Of a DNA stretch of 64,000 bases, positions 14,041 through 29,100 are shown piece by piece. The stretch is from Tubiluchus corallicola (taxonomy: Eukaryota > Animalia > Priapulida), in contig JAQGDQ010000218.1 of assembly GCA_030141605.1 (NCBI GenBank), positions 124,001 through 188,000 on the forward strand, in the 5' to 3' direction. The translations under genes and the position numbers were made by a program. The notes under the pieces are model-generated. The model did no database searches. It saw only the letters and a program-made list of their open reading frames with translations, and was not told where the DNA came from. The stretch's first letter is position 1; each line of letters starts with the position of its first letter.

Positions 14041-17000
14041 GTGGTGAAAGTGGCGGTTGCGTTAGTGGTAGTGACAATTACGACGTTTACTATAAGGCAG
14101 ACTAGGAGAAGGCAGAGCGATGCTAAATAAAGTGGCTGTTAGGACGTTCAGACAAAAGAAGTTAATACACAGACATTGTAAACCGTGTGAAATTGCAACG
14201 TACGTGCTATGCGATGTTTGCATGTTCTTCACGTCGTACGCTTACAGGCAGTTCTGGCAGTGATTCGCTAGAGCCGATATCAGAGCAGCCGAGTAAAAGC
14301 GAGACAGAATCAAAACAATACTACTTTAAAAACAGGTGTTTATTTTAAAACGACTTGGGTTTAGTTTCCTTCCGGGTGTAGAATAAACTAGTTACTAGAT
14401 ACTTTAGCAAGAGTGAATGTTGATTTTATAGATATGAACTTGAAATATGTCTGACTCTCACATAAAACCTAGAATTTGCGACAGATTTGACCTACAATGC
14501 TGCACTTATTTTGGTGACTTGATATATTTGTCCTATTTTGCGGATAAGTGTCGCAATCAGTAACTATGTCGCCTGACCTAATCATAAAATGGATTTCATT
14601 ATTCCATCTTGTAAAACCTTAGATTGTCATTATTACTGAAACCGTTACAAAACTGACGCGTTCTCCCGTCGGCCGATACACATTTGAGTCGCGATACTGC
14701 ATTTTCAAATTAGAGTGTGGCATTTGCTCTAATCTCAATAATACTTACTCGTTTATTTTAAAATCCCAAGTATAATAACTAGCAAGCTTTTTATTGCTCA
14801 AGTATCTTCTTTCGTTTGAAATGTTGCTCAGTACATGCCAACCGTTGTCAATATTAATTCGACGCAGCTTGAGACAGCCTGATGTTAATTTCCGGTAAAA
14901 ACTACGGGATTCAAAAAAAGAGCTTAGTGCTTAGTGGCCGGCTATTACATTTTTAAAATGACACATAGAGTGATGACACATTGGAAAGTGCGTGCATTAT
15001 TTACATTGTTAGGAGAGAAGTATCGTAGTGATATGCAACAATAGTGCTGGTAGCATGATATGTGACATAAAAAATGTGACTATGAAATTTTTACACTACA
15101 GATGACAAAACAATCTCTGCCATGGCTCGGCATCGTTTAAAATGCATTGAAAGATTAAAAAGTCAGCGGTACAACATTGCTATAGAAATGGTCGTGAATT
15201 TGTCAAGAATCAATAATGGTGATCAACTATGGCAAAAGTAACAAAATTTTATTTTTCCCATAGGCCTTTATCAAAACTGGAGATAATGGCGTTTTATCCA
15301 TGCAAAAGTATTTTGTTTAAATGTACAAATCATTTTGTTAAAATGATTTCCTTTCATAACAATTAAAACACGTGAAAGTTAAAAATAAAATTTGCGAAGC
15401 TAACAACGTCATAATAAGTTCTTAATAAAATCAGATTACCTTTCGCCAGTCGCCACATATCAGAAGCAATGGTTGATATAGCTGATTTGCGAGACAAAAT
15501 TGGTTTCAAAAATCTAATCTCTTTTTAATTTAACACGTCTGAATATTTTATTCATGAGTAAGTAATACGATAAGGCGGTAATTATTGTCGGGATCAAATT
15601 TTCCACAAATTCAATATAAAATGTCAGGAAGGATATGGACCGGGTTTTGATATAGCTGCCTAGGGTAAATAAAACCTTTTAACAGTAATAATACTGTGGC
15701 AGTTCCACAGAGGCATTCTAGAACAACAACAGCAGCAACTACAGTAACAGAACAGCAGCATTAAACAATTGAACACAGACATGTAAATAGAGCTTTAGAA
15801 AGCCAAATTACTGAAATCTATAACTTGTTGATACGTATTTCTGTTAATAGAGATTGCGAAATCGCGATAGATTGGCTTCAACTCTAACACGTGTTTTAAG
15901 CTGAGTTGAGATCTAAGTCAAGCTGAAACGGAGTTACGTTCTGTAAATGGTTAAGTTCGGTTGTTTCCAAACGTCAGTGTTACAAACATTTCTGTGCCCA
16001 AACTTTTTGCTCCGAAACACTGAAAGATTTTGTTCAATATGCCATAAGATCGAATCTATGCTCCCTTGATGTTATAGAAGTAGTGTTCCGAAGCATTTTT
16101 TTGGTGCACGCAGATTCTGCTATGCTTAGACGCCAGTAATTCACCAGCCGGCCGCCGCTCAGCCAGACTGGTAAAGCTTCACACATAAAACTTATGCTTT
16201 TCATAAAACTGTAAGTGTAATTTCTTCTTTTCTACCTGGTGATCAATTAAAGTAGTCCAAGTCACGAAATGATTATTACCAGAGTAGCTTTCTGTGCACG
16301 CGTGCTGCCCGTACACAAAGTGTTTATTACTCGATGACTTATACCTGCCGCGAAATCACAGAGGAGGCTGTAACATCGTGACGTGAACAAGTTAATTAGT
16401 TTCAGCCACAAAGGTCGATTGCAAAAGCTTTGATGTATCAGCGTTTTGAGAATAAGAAAGAGCAGAAAGCTGGCTTATTAATAAATCAAAAAAGTGCCAC
16501 TGTTGCCACACATTGTGCAATGTTCCGTGTTATTACTGTTGGCTTATTCCTGCTTTAAAGACAAAATTAAATGAGGCTATCATTAATTACTCTTCTCTTA
16601 TAGTGCCTATAATGAATTTTTAACAAGACTTGTTTTCACCACTAACACTTACACTACGACGTGTAACTTTGTAAATTTTTCACCGATTTTTGCCACAATA
16701 GTTGTTTCTGCAAATCTGGCGCAAAAAGGATCACGTCTGATTACAAATTCTTCTAGGAGAATTTATATTCTCTTTATCTTACACGCTGTTAGAAATTTTG
16801 AAATCTCCAAACTACACTGTAGGTAATTAGTACTTTCTCGCCTCGCTACAGATCTTTTAAATAACCCCAAAAATGCTTTTTATTTCACCTTATCGATCAT
16901 TTTAGGCCTGGCCTCGGTTTTACGAAATGTTACAAACAAGAGCAAACGATAATTAACAACAATTACAGCCAGCTTCTGTTTCTAAGGGAAAGTTCACAAA

Positions 17001-20000
17001 CATGTTGGCGACGACGATGAGGAAGAACGATCTAAAAAGTTTCAGACCAGCAGAAAAGAAAGGTTAAAATGACTTAAAAGGATGTAACTCTCTCTCTCTC
17101 TTTCTCTCTCTCTCCTCCTCTCCCTTCTTTGGCGTTATCAATAGAAAGTATCCAATCTTTGTACTAGAGTTGCTAGTAGTGAGAGTAGTAAAAATTTAAG
17201 TGAATGTTATACCTTCCTTACTTCTGCTATTAGGAAGAAATGAAGAGAACCTCTTTATTGTGTTCCGTAGTGCCCATGTAACCAAATCATTATAATTGTA
17301 AGTATTAATATGTTATCTGTGTCTTTATCTAATAGCCATCGCCATTGCTGGGTCATCTATCCCCGTCACCATCGTCGTCATTGTTGCCGTTGAAATGCAA
17401 CTTATATTTAATATGCAACTCTTCAATTCACCTGTAGCACAATCGCTTGTCAAAATCGTACCACTGTCGAAATCGGTCATTAGCCCATAATGACCAGCGA
17501 CGGAGACTTTAATGGAACAAATTGTTAGCGTTTTGCATGAACGTGACATTTCTCGAAAGAAGGATTAACACCGAGATCAAATAAATGACGTGAATTGACA
17601 AGCAAGAGTCAGAAAAGATTGATTAACAATGGCAGTCTATCTCAGGCAGACGTGCCGCCCAGATTTCCCATATTGATTTTTCGCTATGAGAGGCAGTTCT
17701 TGCAATGTATGTATTGATTTTGTATGTGTACATAACAAGCACATACTCATTTATTGAAGAAATTTCCGCAGATGTAATAAGACTTGGCAAAGGAAAGGAA
17801 AATTTTGCAACTCTTTCGTTGTCAAAACGCTAGCAATTTTGTGATTCTGACGCGGCAACAACGGTCAGTATTTTAAAAACGAAAAGAGAAATGGGAAGAA
17901 GAAAAAGGGAAGTAACTGGGTGGGACAGAGAGGGGGGAAGAGGGAGAGAGAGAAAGGGAGAGGCAGGAGGGAGAGAGAGACATAATGGAGTTGCGTCAAG
18001 CTACGTTACTGTTTACACAGGGAACGTGAATGCCCTTTAATTTCCATCGCGTCCGGATATAAATCAATTGTACTTCAAAAAATTTAATGAATCTGAAACA
18101 AAACACATTGCCATCACAAATGTGTAAAGCAGCGGCAGTTAGAGGAACACCCGGGGAATGTTGTAAAGTGTTAAATACTACGCGAACCTAAATACTAAGA
18201 AGTTTAATCCGGTTGGCATCGAAGATTACAAGTTACTCCTAATCACCAGTGATTACAACAGATCGTGGCATAGAATTTAAATTACAAAAGAAATCAGATT
18301 TAATTCCCCGCATCGTGAAGGAGGAGGACAATTTCGCTGAAGTAACCACACTAGGATATTAGAACGTTACATCACGACTGAGTGGTTTTTCAGGAGAAGC
18401 CATCGTCCATGTGGTATTCAGCGATTGAAGCCACTGGATCAATATTACTGTTTGATCATTGTAATACCGATACTGAAACCCTGACATAGGAGCGTTATGA
18501 TTTAGACATCTCGTCTGTACTGACTACGAGACCGCAGTTTAAAAATACTAGTGATAACAATGTTATTTAACGGAGACAGCATGATCTTCATTAACAATAG
18601 AAGTTTTTTTTACTTTTTCATTTTGGCTTCTGTTCCTCATCTGCCTTATGGTAGTGAAAGAGGTGACCACAATATTCTACTATGCCTACCATTGGAGTAA
18701 TAAAACATAATTAACACTACACTGCTGTTTATGACTAAGTCATAAGCTTACGTTTCTGCGATACGATTACAACTGCAACGGAAACGGCAACATGAGCGCA
18801 CGTTTGCTGTAATCTGTACAGTGTTTATATCATTAAGTGTTTGCTGGTTTTGATCTTTGCCTCATGATCATATTTAACATATGCGCTTTTGTTAAATTCA
18901 TCGTGCTTGATTACCTAGGAATTGCACTTCGTTTCAATGAAATCAGAACTGTTCAGCTTTTACCAATTTGCCTCATCCAGATCTTTCATGTGATGTGCTA
19001 CAATCTGTTGTTATTCAATACCGGTGATGTCTGCGTGCAATTTTCAGTTTTTAGTACCTACTGTACTTGACGCTTTGCTCCAAGATCTTCGCTCAGTCTT
19101 CCACTCTCTCAGCACGTATCCCAGGCACCTGCCAGAAAAAGTTTTGTGACTTACTTTTCCAGTTATAAACAAATCTCTATGACACGTGTCCTGGTCACAC
19201 CCATTTGCTGAAAAATACTTAACGAACAACTTCCCTTACTTGGCTACTCTACACGCTAAAACGTAGACGCCTACTCCAGTACTATGAAGAATTGAATGAC
19301 AAATTTATTTACCCTAATTTTCACATTTTGGATCTTATCTCGAAACTTTCCTACATCCCAATATATAAAAAAACACATACTGCACCTCTGGCCCACAGGA
19401 CTTAAAAAACTGTGAAAAAGTTTTGAATTTAACTCAAAGTCCTAGTAGAAATTGAGGTAATAATCGAAAAACTAACTGAACAATGTCCTTGATCTTTTGG
19501 CCCGAGGTCAAACTCTACTAGACTCATTGTCGTAACTCCTACCTCGGGTGTCTATCCTGCAAGAGTGGTGACTGTACGTAATCTAGTTTTGAGTTATTCA
19601 ATGTTGCATCGCAGAATAAATATAAATACACGGTTCGCAAATAAAAAAATTCTGCATATATTGCAAAATCTTAATCTTCACAACTATTTTACACGTTTAA
19701 GCTTTTATGTCCGGTATAAGAACTGATCTGCTTTTTTTACGATATATGTTTTTCAGGTATATCAGGTATATCAGGTTTTTCGTTTATCAGGTAAATGATT
19801 TTAGGTATCTAGCTTTGTAAGCTGTTGCAAGCACTTGGCCTTTGTTTGTTGGTTTGTTCACTTGAGATAGCAAAACTTGGGTTTTGATGAGTAAATTGTT
19901 TTCCAGCAGTCTCTAATTGGAATTGGTGTTTGACAGCAAATTTGCTGTTACATTGGCTTCTATTCTAATGTCCGGGCAATTATGTCAGTGATTTTTAATT

Positions 20001-20339
20001 ATACTAAAATTGATATTGTTAAATAATTCTCCAATATTGAATAATTACTGAACTTAGTTGTATGAGTGAGAAGTGCTCTATGTAAAGACAGGTTAATATT
20101 GTGCAATGTTTTTTTTCGTGTAATTTATTTGGGTGATAATCACGTTTAAACAGATTTATTAATTTTGTTTTTTTATCTACAGAATGCTAATTGTGTGAAC
20201 TAAATTAAGTTGAAGTTTCATACTAAAAATCTTTAATGAACGTGTTAATCTATATAAAGTCACTATTTTCATTACATTTGTATGCAATTTATTTATTTAC
20301 AATCGTGGCGTAAATTAGTACTGTTGGTCGTGAACGGAA

Positions 20340-21400
20340 AATCTATAGGTTTGAATTCGTTATATGATAATGTGCAATGCCGTGTGAGAATGAATGGCTT
20401 GTATTCAGACTGGTTCGGAGTTAATATCGGCCTAAACGGGGATGGCTTTTTTCTCCACAACTATTTAACCTATTTATTAATGATTTGGCAGATGAAATTA
20501 AAAGCTTAAATTGTGGGTTAACTTGCAAGGAGGAGATAATTTCCATCGTTCTATACGTTGATAACATGGAGTTATTAGCTGATTGACCGAAAAAAATTAC
20601 AAAAGATATTGGACATTTTAAACGCCTGATTTTTAAAATGGAAAATGAAAATTAACCCGGAGAAAACCCAAGTAGTGCATTTTATAAGAGGAACCGGTGT
20701 CCAGTGTGCAGAGATCAAACTTTGACTTTTAATGTGGAGTACATAGCATAAAAAGGACTGATAAAAACCGGTATCTCGGGCTTGTGCTAACTGAATTTCT
20801 GGATTACTAGAGCATGGAAGTAGCACAATCAGCAACTAGGGCCTTTAGCTTGTTAATAGCTAAATGTAAAGCTCACGGTGGTCTTTCTTATCATTGCTTT
20901 TCTCAAATGTTTGACGCAATCCATTATAAATTAGAAACTATGGAGTTTCAATGTGGAACCAAAGAGAGTTTTCATGCACTAATGCTGTCTATCATCGAGC
21001 AAGTAGATGTTTCTTAAAGTTGATAGATATGCCCCAAATGCTGCTGTTGCTGGTGAAATAGGATGGATGGTGAAGTTACCGGTTCATAAACAATGGTTGT
21101 GTGTTTTTCGTTACTGGAATTGTGTGTGAAAGATGGAAGACAGAAGGTTAAATAAACGTGTCTTTATATGAGCATAAGGCCGAAACTGGCTATAAAAAAC
21201 GTGCATCGAACTATGTAATTTGTCCGTAAAATCTATCCAGAAGAAGAATTCAACTTACTTTCCATAAGACTGAGACAAATTGCGAATGCTTTCACTGACT
21301 ACTATTAAAGACTGACTAGAAACTGTTAATAAAGAAGAAAACCGGGGAGAAACAGGGAGAAATAAATTCAGGACTTATGAACTCTTTAAGAGGCAATTTA
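20340..21400 (+). mobile_element. Decayed non-LTR retrotransposon (LINE) ORF2, RT and C-terminal part
   Basis: Across frameshifts and stops: SLYDNVQCRVRMNGLYSDWFGVNIGL, FSPQLFNLFINDL, LYVDN (YADD-like), WKMKINPEKTQ, PNAAVAGEIGW, RNKFRTY. Confidence 0.85.
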
Positions 21401-21686
21401 GGTAGAATATAGAATATTCTAAAATATAGTATTTGGTGGCAAGACTTGCTTAATGTCCGCCCCAGAGTTGTTTTTTATCACCCATCTATTCCCCGACCTG
21501 TCATAGCATGACTTAACTTCGGTAGTCTAAGCATATACCATGACCACTCGAGTATAACACTCAACCTATGGCTAGCCTCATCTTAAATCATTTGTAAAGA
21601 GAATGAAAAGTACCTGTCATAACTTGGTTAATGTATAACAGTGGCTCAACAATAATTAATTATGCGCTGTGTTCTGTGACCATATT

Positions 21687-21824
21687 GGCATTATTCAGAG
21701 ACTTCTCTCGCAACTTGTTGCAAACGCTGAGTTGCCAAGCTGTTCACGCGTGCGACTTTGCTCTCAGTCTCAGAGAGAAGTTGCGCAACAAGTTGCGAGA
21801 AAAGTTTCGATGTCTGAACGCGCC
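21687..21824. mobile_element. Palindromic MITE (~140 bp, Harbinger-like)
   Basis: ttcaga..ttctctcgcaacttgttgc versus gcaacaagttgcgagaaaag..tctgaa; ggc...gcc ends. Confidence 0.6.
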
Positions 21825-22970
21825 ATAACGGAAGCTCTAAAAACACAAGAATGTCTGAAATTGCTGGGAAAACAACTGTCCAAGTTCAATGGCCTTCATA
21901 CACTTATAAATACAATACCTTCTGCATCAGTCGAGTGGCTAGTAACCAGTCGGTTGTTTTGCTGTGGTTTTCTTGATTAGTCAGGCAATTGACAGTGTTT
22001 ATATTCATTTTGCATAAACAAAGCTTGATTGGGCCTTTAAAACCGAATGCTTAAATGCAAATTTACCTTGTACAGTAACTAATGTTACTATTATCAAATC
22101 TCGGGATATAAAAAATAATCAAACTTTTAAATTTTGAAATAGTTTATAAACACTGTAAGAAAATGCTCTGTACACATAATTTTGCAGATCCTTACTGCTC
22201 AACATGCTGCTGCTGCCATCTCGCGTAAAAATGCGGAATTGATTGTAGATGACTATATGCAACAGCTCTACTTAGCTCAATATAATAAAAAAATCACCTA
22301 ACCCTATTACTCCCGATTTGTGAGGTGTCCCCCTTTATGATTAAATGTAGTCCAGACCAACCTAAATGAGATGAAATAAAACGCTTTTAAATTATCCGTG
22401 TGTAGTGTACAGCAACAGGGTCTAATTGTAGATCAAATATGAGTGCGTTTAGGTTTTATCAGTATGATCATATTAGATTGTTTGTGTGTAAATACTAAAT
22501 AGCCAGCAATTTGTGCGAGGCAACAAACATGGTTACTTGAATTTTATAAGTTAGTTGTGTTGTATAAAAGGCAAGTAACACTTACTATAATGCTACTTTG
22601 TCGGCTAAGATTACGAAGCTGTAAACTAATGATAAAGAGATTTATAATAAAGAACAGTGACGTGTATGTAGAATCTTACAGCGTGTATTGCGTGTAATAA
22701 ATGTGCTATGTATTTGCTTTTTTTATGTATATACTGCGTGTAATAACTAACGTTAACTGTGCAAGGAAACGAACTTCTTTATTGTCGTCAGTATTCAGAA
22801 AGTTTCTGTCGGTGTGTTTGTGAAAGTTGCTTCAAAACAGTCGTGAAAATTATTGTAAATCTTTATGATAAAAATAATAATCGACAAGGTACAGTGATTT
22901 TCACCGACCTCTTTTATGTAGTATAACGTGGAAGACAAAATCGACAAATTGATTGCATCTTTATAACGTC

Positions 22971-23113
22971 ATGCATCTAGAGAAAATACTCAAATATTTG
23001 GGAGATTTTGGTAGTTTTCAAAAGCGACAGTTTGTTTTGCTTTTTCTGGCGTCTATCTGTTCCTGTTTTCATATGCTTATATCAGTCTATCTGGAATATG
23101 TGCCAGAGCACAG
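22971..23113 (+). CDS. SLC22 exon 1
   Basis: ATG; MHLEKILKYLGDFGSFQKRQF...VPEH; donor AG|gtagg. Confidence 0.9.
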
Positions 23114-26100
23114 GTAGGAATTAGTTATTAATAAGTCAACGTTTCTTTTTGTTTTACGTGATTGCAGTTCTTGTTTTGTCATTGTCGTCGAATTTGCTGA
23201 CGTTATAATTATTTTTTCAAAATATTCTGGTCTATTTAAGGCAGAGATGTCTATCACCACAATCACTTAACAAATATTTCGTTAAACTGTAACCTCATTT
23301 CTTAAAATGTTGTGCCTGTTATATATGAAATCAAGTTGAATCGCTGCAGAAAAAAGCAAGCAAATACCAAACATACAATACTGTGTTCTATCTAATTTTG
23401 ATAATGCAAAACTAGTATTCTATTTACACTTTTCCACAGGTGTTTTATTCCTGCAATTGATGGTCCTGGCGTTTCCGTATCAGAAGGTGTTGCTGAGTAT
23501 ATTCCATTCGATGGCGTCGGCTTAAGCAACTGTTTAATGTATGGTACAGGCTCCGGCAATGAACTGCCATCTAGCGAAAAAATTCCTTGCGAGAAGTGGC
23601 ATTTTAACACATTCATCAGAACATCAACTGTTTCTGAGGTAATGAGGTATGATGTACATACTCCGCGAAAGGCGCTTGATGGTACTTCACCTGCTTATCT
23701 TCTTGAATATTTAACTGGCAGTTCAAATGAAGAACATGTACATATAGCTGCATAAGTATACCTATGTAGTTCTACCTACATAGCTACCTATGTACAGAAC
23801 TACATACTAATGAACTGAAAAAATAAACTAACTACAATTCAGAAAAGTAGAGAAATAAAACTAATATTGGAATAGCCTTGCATTAATAACCCCTTTATAG
23901 TCAACACAGATCCGCTTTTTTCAATTTGCAGCTGTCCTACAACCAGGACTGCAAATACAAAAGTATGGTAATTGTGTAATTTGCTTTACATAGGTATTGT
24001 TACATCTTTGAAACCAATAAATATTCACAATTAGCCGCAAAACTTGCCTTAATTATCTTTAAAGTCAAAGTAGAAATATAATTTTTTTCGCTTTCTAATA
24101 ACAGTGAAATTCCGACAAATTTTGTCAGAAAATTACGCAGCTTATGTATTTTTTTGTTTCAGTGGTCCTTAGTTTGTGATAGATCATTTCTGCGAGCTCT
24201 TGCAAGATCAGTTTTTATGGCTGGAGTCATGACTGGAGCTATAGTTTTTGGAGCATTTTCAGACAAGTTAGTGCTTTTTTCCAACACTATATTTTACGTT
24301 GTTGACCATTATTTTTAATTATTATTTATTAAACATTGTGAATGTTAAAATAAACGACATTTCAGATTTGGGAGGAAGAAAGTTTTTGTGATATCTTGCA
24401 TTGCCAACTTAATCGTCAGTGTAGCCACTTCGTTTTCTTTCCATTACGTCATGTACATTACATTCCGATTCCTGATTGGTGCCACTTGCTCGGGAATTTA
24501 TGTTGTTGCATTTATCTTAGGTAAGAAAAATTGTTTTCGTTAGAATGATAATGATGACCAAAGTAATGATTACGATAATGATCACTATCACGAAGCATTA
24601 TTTTTTATTTTCATTAATGATAATTTTGTGATGGTGACGAGACGGCGGCGCCTATTGTTACGAAGATGATAAAGATGATGATTATGACAGTGAAACGTTG
24701 TTTGTTTCAGCTTTAGAGTTGGTGGGACGTAGCAGAAGAAATATTGTTGGTATGGGAATGTCTTATCCTTTTACTGCAGCTATAGGCCTTTTAGTTCTCT
24801 TTGCTTATTTTCTGCCATCATGGCGTCAACTTCAGCTAGTGGCTTCGTTGCCAATAATTCTCTGCCTGCCCTTGACATGGTACGCATGTTTCTTTGAAGT
24901 TTTTTTTGTGATTAGGTCGAGCTGAAATAGAAGTATTTTCTCGATGAACGCTAAATTTAATATTGTCAAGCACCACGTAAAATTAAAATTTTGGGTGATC
25001 AAGCGGACATTTTTGTCGTCATCGCCTTTACCATCGTTGCAGCCGTTATTGTTTTGAACACATTTGAAGTATACACTTAAGCAAATTGTTATTATTGACC
25101 ATGCAAACCATGCTTTATACTCTTATCATATTATTTTAGGTTAGAATTAAGGGATTAAGCCAAAGGGAACACAATTAATGTGTTACCTTTAAATAATCGC
25201 TAGTAATGTGTTTTCCTTTTTGTTTTAGAATTTGTAAATCCTATCATAATTTTTATACGGACGTATAGCAGTTTATAAAGCTTGGTAGAATTAACTGATT
25301 GTATGTCGTTTCGCCAGTTATCTTTTCGCTAGTCTACCTTTTCGCCAGTCTACTTTTTCGCCAGCCTTCTCTTTCGCCAGTCTTCTTTTTCGTCAGTCTT
25401 CTTTTTCGCCAGTCTTCTTTTTCGTCAGTCTTCTTTTTCGCCAGTCTACTTTTTTGCCAGTCTACTTTTTCGCCAGTCTACTTTTTCGCCAGTCCTCTTT
25501 TTCGCTAGTCTACTTTTCGCTAGCCCACTTTTTCGCCAGTCTATCTTTTCGCCAGTGTAATAATTTAACTTACCTATATATATTTGGTATCGACATGGTT
25601 TCATTTAAACTCTTTGTGAACGGAGGATATAAGCCCTACAGAAGCGTGCCGTAGACCACTGGATTCGTAATGAAATGAAGATGCACTGCTCCAAAATCGC
25701 GAGTCCAGTTTTGTTTAGCCAGAAAACAGCAATAAAAAGGATGTCCGGTCGAAAATTTAACATTCAGCTGTTGTTTTCGTTCTGCGATGTTTAGTTTCCG
25801 AGATACGCATCTTTTTGGAATAACTCAAAACTAGACAGACCTATTCCACAAAATTTGGTGTGCTTGTAGCTAGGGTAGAGGGACATCTAATTTTGCATTT
25901 TCGGGTCATAACTCTTTGACTTGCCTGAGTTATGATCCGAAAATCGTCATTATACGTCTACATTTGAGAAGCAATTTCTCCTGCAAGAAGCGCCACCTAC
26001 GAAGATGGCGAAGGATGTTGATTGTTTGATTTATGCTCTATCAGTAGTGCGCTACACAGTGGCCACAGCCACAGGGCTGGCACGCTACGCCAGTTTTTCT

Positions 26101-29100
26101 GGACCCATGTCGGTACAATACTTATATATGTATATAGCAGATATTGACATCGTTTTTTTAAACGCTCTCCGAACGGAGGCCGCGAGTCGTACAGAGACGT
26201 ACCATATATTACTGGATTAGCAATGAAACACAGTATAAGATGTACTTTGTTGAAAAATTTTTCTAAGTGTTTGCTTAACCTAAAATAACTGAGCTTTGGC
26301 AAATTGCATAAACGAGATGTTTCCTTTATTATGTAACACTGAAAATGGAACTGTCCTTGTGCTACTAGTGGTAGAGTTGGTGTTTTCTGAGAATTCAAAT
26401 ATGATCGAAATTTTAGAAAGTGTACAATACTGTCATAGTGAGGGCTTTGTTTTCGTTGTTGCCAAATAATGCAGGTGACGACGTCTTATTCTCAGTCAGT
26501 AATGTCCGCCATACTGGCTATCCACGGACAAAATAGATTTCGTCTTTATAGGTTTTATGGTTCTTGAATTATAGTCGAAACAATGTCCAAGATGGCTCTG
26601 CCTCTTGGACATTAATCTTTAGACAGTATGACGCTCAGGCTTCTCATAGGCCAGGTTACGTAACCAATTCCAAAACCGTATAATTTTATTATTAATTATT
26701 TTCAATTCTCATAAAAAATTAGCTGAACTGAGCTTTGATGATATACCTGCTTTTAAATCAGATTTTACCCGTATGTTCAATGTTACCGTTTTATGCATTA
26801 CTATATCATGTGCTTGACGCCAAGTCGACGAAATTTTTGTCTGTTGAGTTCGTCCAGGTATTCCGCTCTGAGCTGTCGAGTTGTACAGACGTTCTCGTGT
26901 CGTAACGATAGTCTAGTAGTTATAGTGTTTGCTTGCAGAAAAGAAATGTGTCAGCATGGTGTATGACGTATATGATAGCTGCTTGTTAACGATGACACTT
27001 ACCTGTTACCGATGATACTTACCTGATGCTCATGATATTTATCTGACACTGATGGTACTTATCTGTTGTTGCTGAGTATGATGTATTATGTACACCCCTG
27101 CACGACTTACCCCCTGTTTACACAGCGTTTAAACGAAACCATGTCGATACCTGCTACCATATAAGTATGGTACCGACATGTCCAGAAAAACGGCCGTAGC
27201 GTGGCAGGCCTGTGGCCACGGCGACTGTGTGGCACATCATTGGATAGAGATTTGAGAGGACATCACCACTGAGCGTCATCGTGGTTGGTGGCGCTTCTTG
27301 TAGGAGTAACCGCTAATCAAAGACGAACTTATTTTGACTATTTTCTGGTCATAACTCAGGCGCGCCAAAGGTCATGAACCGAAATTGTAAGCTGAGATGC
27401 TCTCTACCCTAGCTACAAGTACACCAAATTTGGTGGTATAGCTCTGTCTAGTTTTTGAGTCATTCCAAAAAGATGCGTATCTCGGAAACTAAACATTGCA
27501 AATAACAGCAGATTTTGAATGTAAAATTTTCGGTCGTACATCTTTTTATTGCCATTTTTTGGCTAAGCAAAACTGGACTCGCGATTTTGGCGCAAAAAGC
27601 AGACTGGCGAAAAAGTAGAGTGGCAGAAAGATAATTAGCGAAGTGGAGGATTACCGAATTTACCGACCTGCCATGAGATACAATGCAAGTTGCTTTAAAA
27701 AACTGGAATCTTTGCTTTATAATTAGAAGGCAGAAGAAAAAACTAATTTTTTTGTCCGTTTACCGTCCATTATATTGTGTAAATTAATGTATTTTGTAAA
27801 ACTGTTTCCCTAGGTTTGTTGCTGAGTCTGTTCGTTGGCTTCTTGCCAGTCAGCAACATGAAAAGGCCAAGGTCATCATTCAGCAAGCTGCCAAGGTTAA
27901 TGGAGTTACAATACCTGAAGAACTTTACCTACAAGTAACTATTTACATTACAGTGATTTATGTAGTTTCTCCCCGAAATATTTAGTATAATAACGATTGC
28001 GGTAATTCTAGTTGATGTATGCGTAGGGCCAAGCATCATGGTTTACCTGGACATTTCAAGTTCAAAAACTAACAACGAGGACAAAAGATAGACGACTGTC
28101 TGAGTCAATCATTCATTGACTGCGCTTCTGATGTACAGTTTGATTTAGTAATTTGATAATTTGGCAACTTGTCATATCATGATTTTGTGCACTACAATTA
28201 GAATTATCTTCTAGCAACAAATGATACTAAAATGTTATTAATATCACGATTAATTAAAAAATTTCTGAGCAGCAACTGGTCTGGTGGTCTGAGTATACGT
28301 ATCTGACTACTTGCATAGGTCTATATGCATATACTGTCGTACAGTATTCATTATTTTTAGGCAGCTCAAGAAGCGTATTCGATGAAAGAAACTGCTTCCA
28401 TCAGTATAGCTGATATCTTACGCTCAAAGACGCTGCGGCTTTTGACATTGAACTTGTTTTATGCTTGGTATGTCTTATTGATGCATTTTTTGACGTGACG
28501 AAAATTAATAGTTTCTTGGGTTTAAACACTACTACGCTATACTTACCTCATATTTAGGCATACGCTTAGGTTTTCTCTGATACTTATTTAGACATGCACT
28601 TAGGTTTTGTCTCATAGTTAGGTGTAAGGATAATTTTATTCAGGAAACCATAGTGCATAAAATCGTTGTGCGCCATGATATTTTTGGACCTACTCCAGGA
28701 ATGGGGCCCAAGTGGTCAGTCCTGTCACGCGTCGTCGTTGTTATCGTCGTCCATGTTGTTGTTGATTGTGGATACAATCAAAAATTGCTGCACGTGCCGC
28801 ATATCCATTTGTTGAACGTTTTGCAGGAATATGTTCCAGCTATCCATTATTTAGATTCTTGTTCTAGATTTCTACAAAATTGTTTTAGCAGACTTGCTTA
28901 ATTTATACCGAGTGGCTCGGTTTGATGATCTAACTCGCAGCTCAACTCACTTTGAAAGCTAAGTTGGCTGTAGAACGTGCTTGGTAGGATTAAGCCTTTT
29001 AATTTCTCTTAAGAAGCTGTACCTAGAAGAATGACTAAATTTCTTTGGAAACGAAGTGCTAATTATCCGCATTAATCAATGTTCTTCTGCTGACGCCATT

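Noticed and set aside
13781-14105. Poly-Asp and poly-Ser ORFs
   Set aside because: Translations of a (GAT)n microsatellite, with no splice or domain support.
25299-25654. Phe/Ser-rich hydrophobic ORFs
   Set aside because: Translations of the 16-bp transposon subrepeats.
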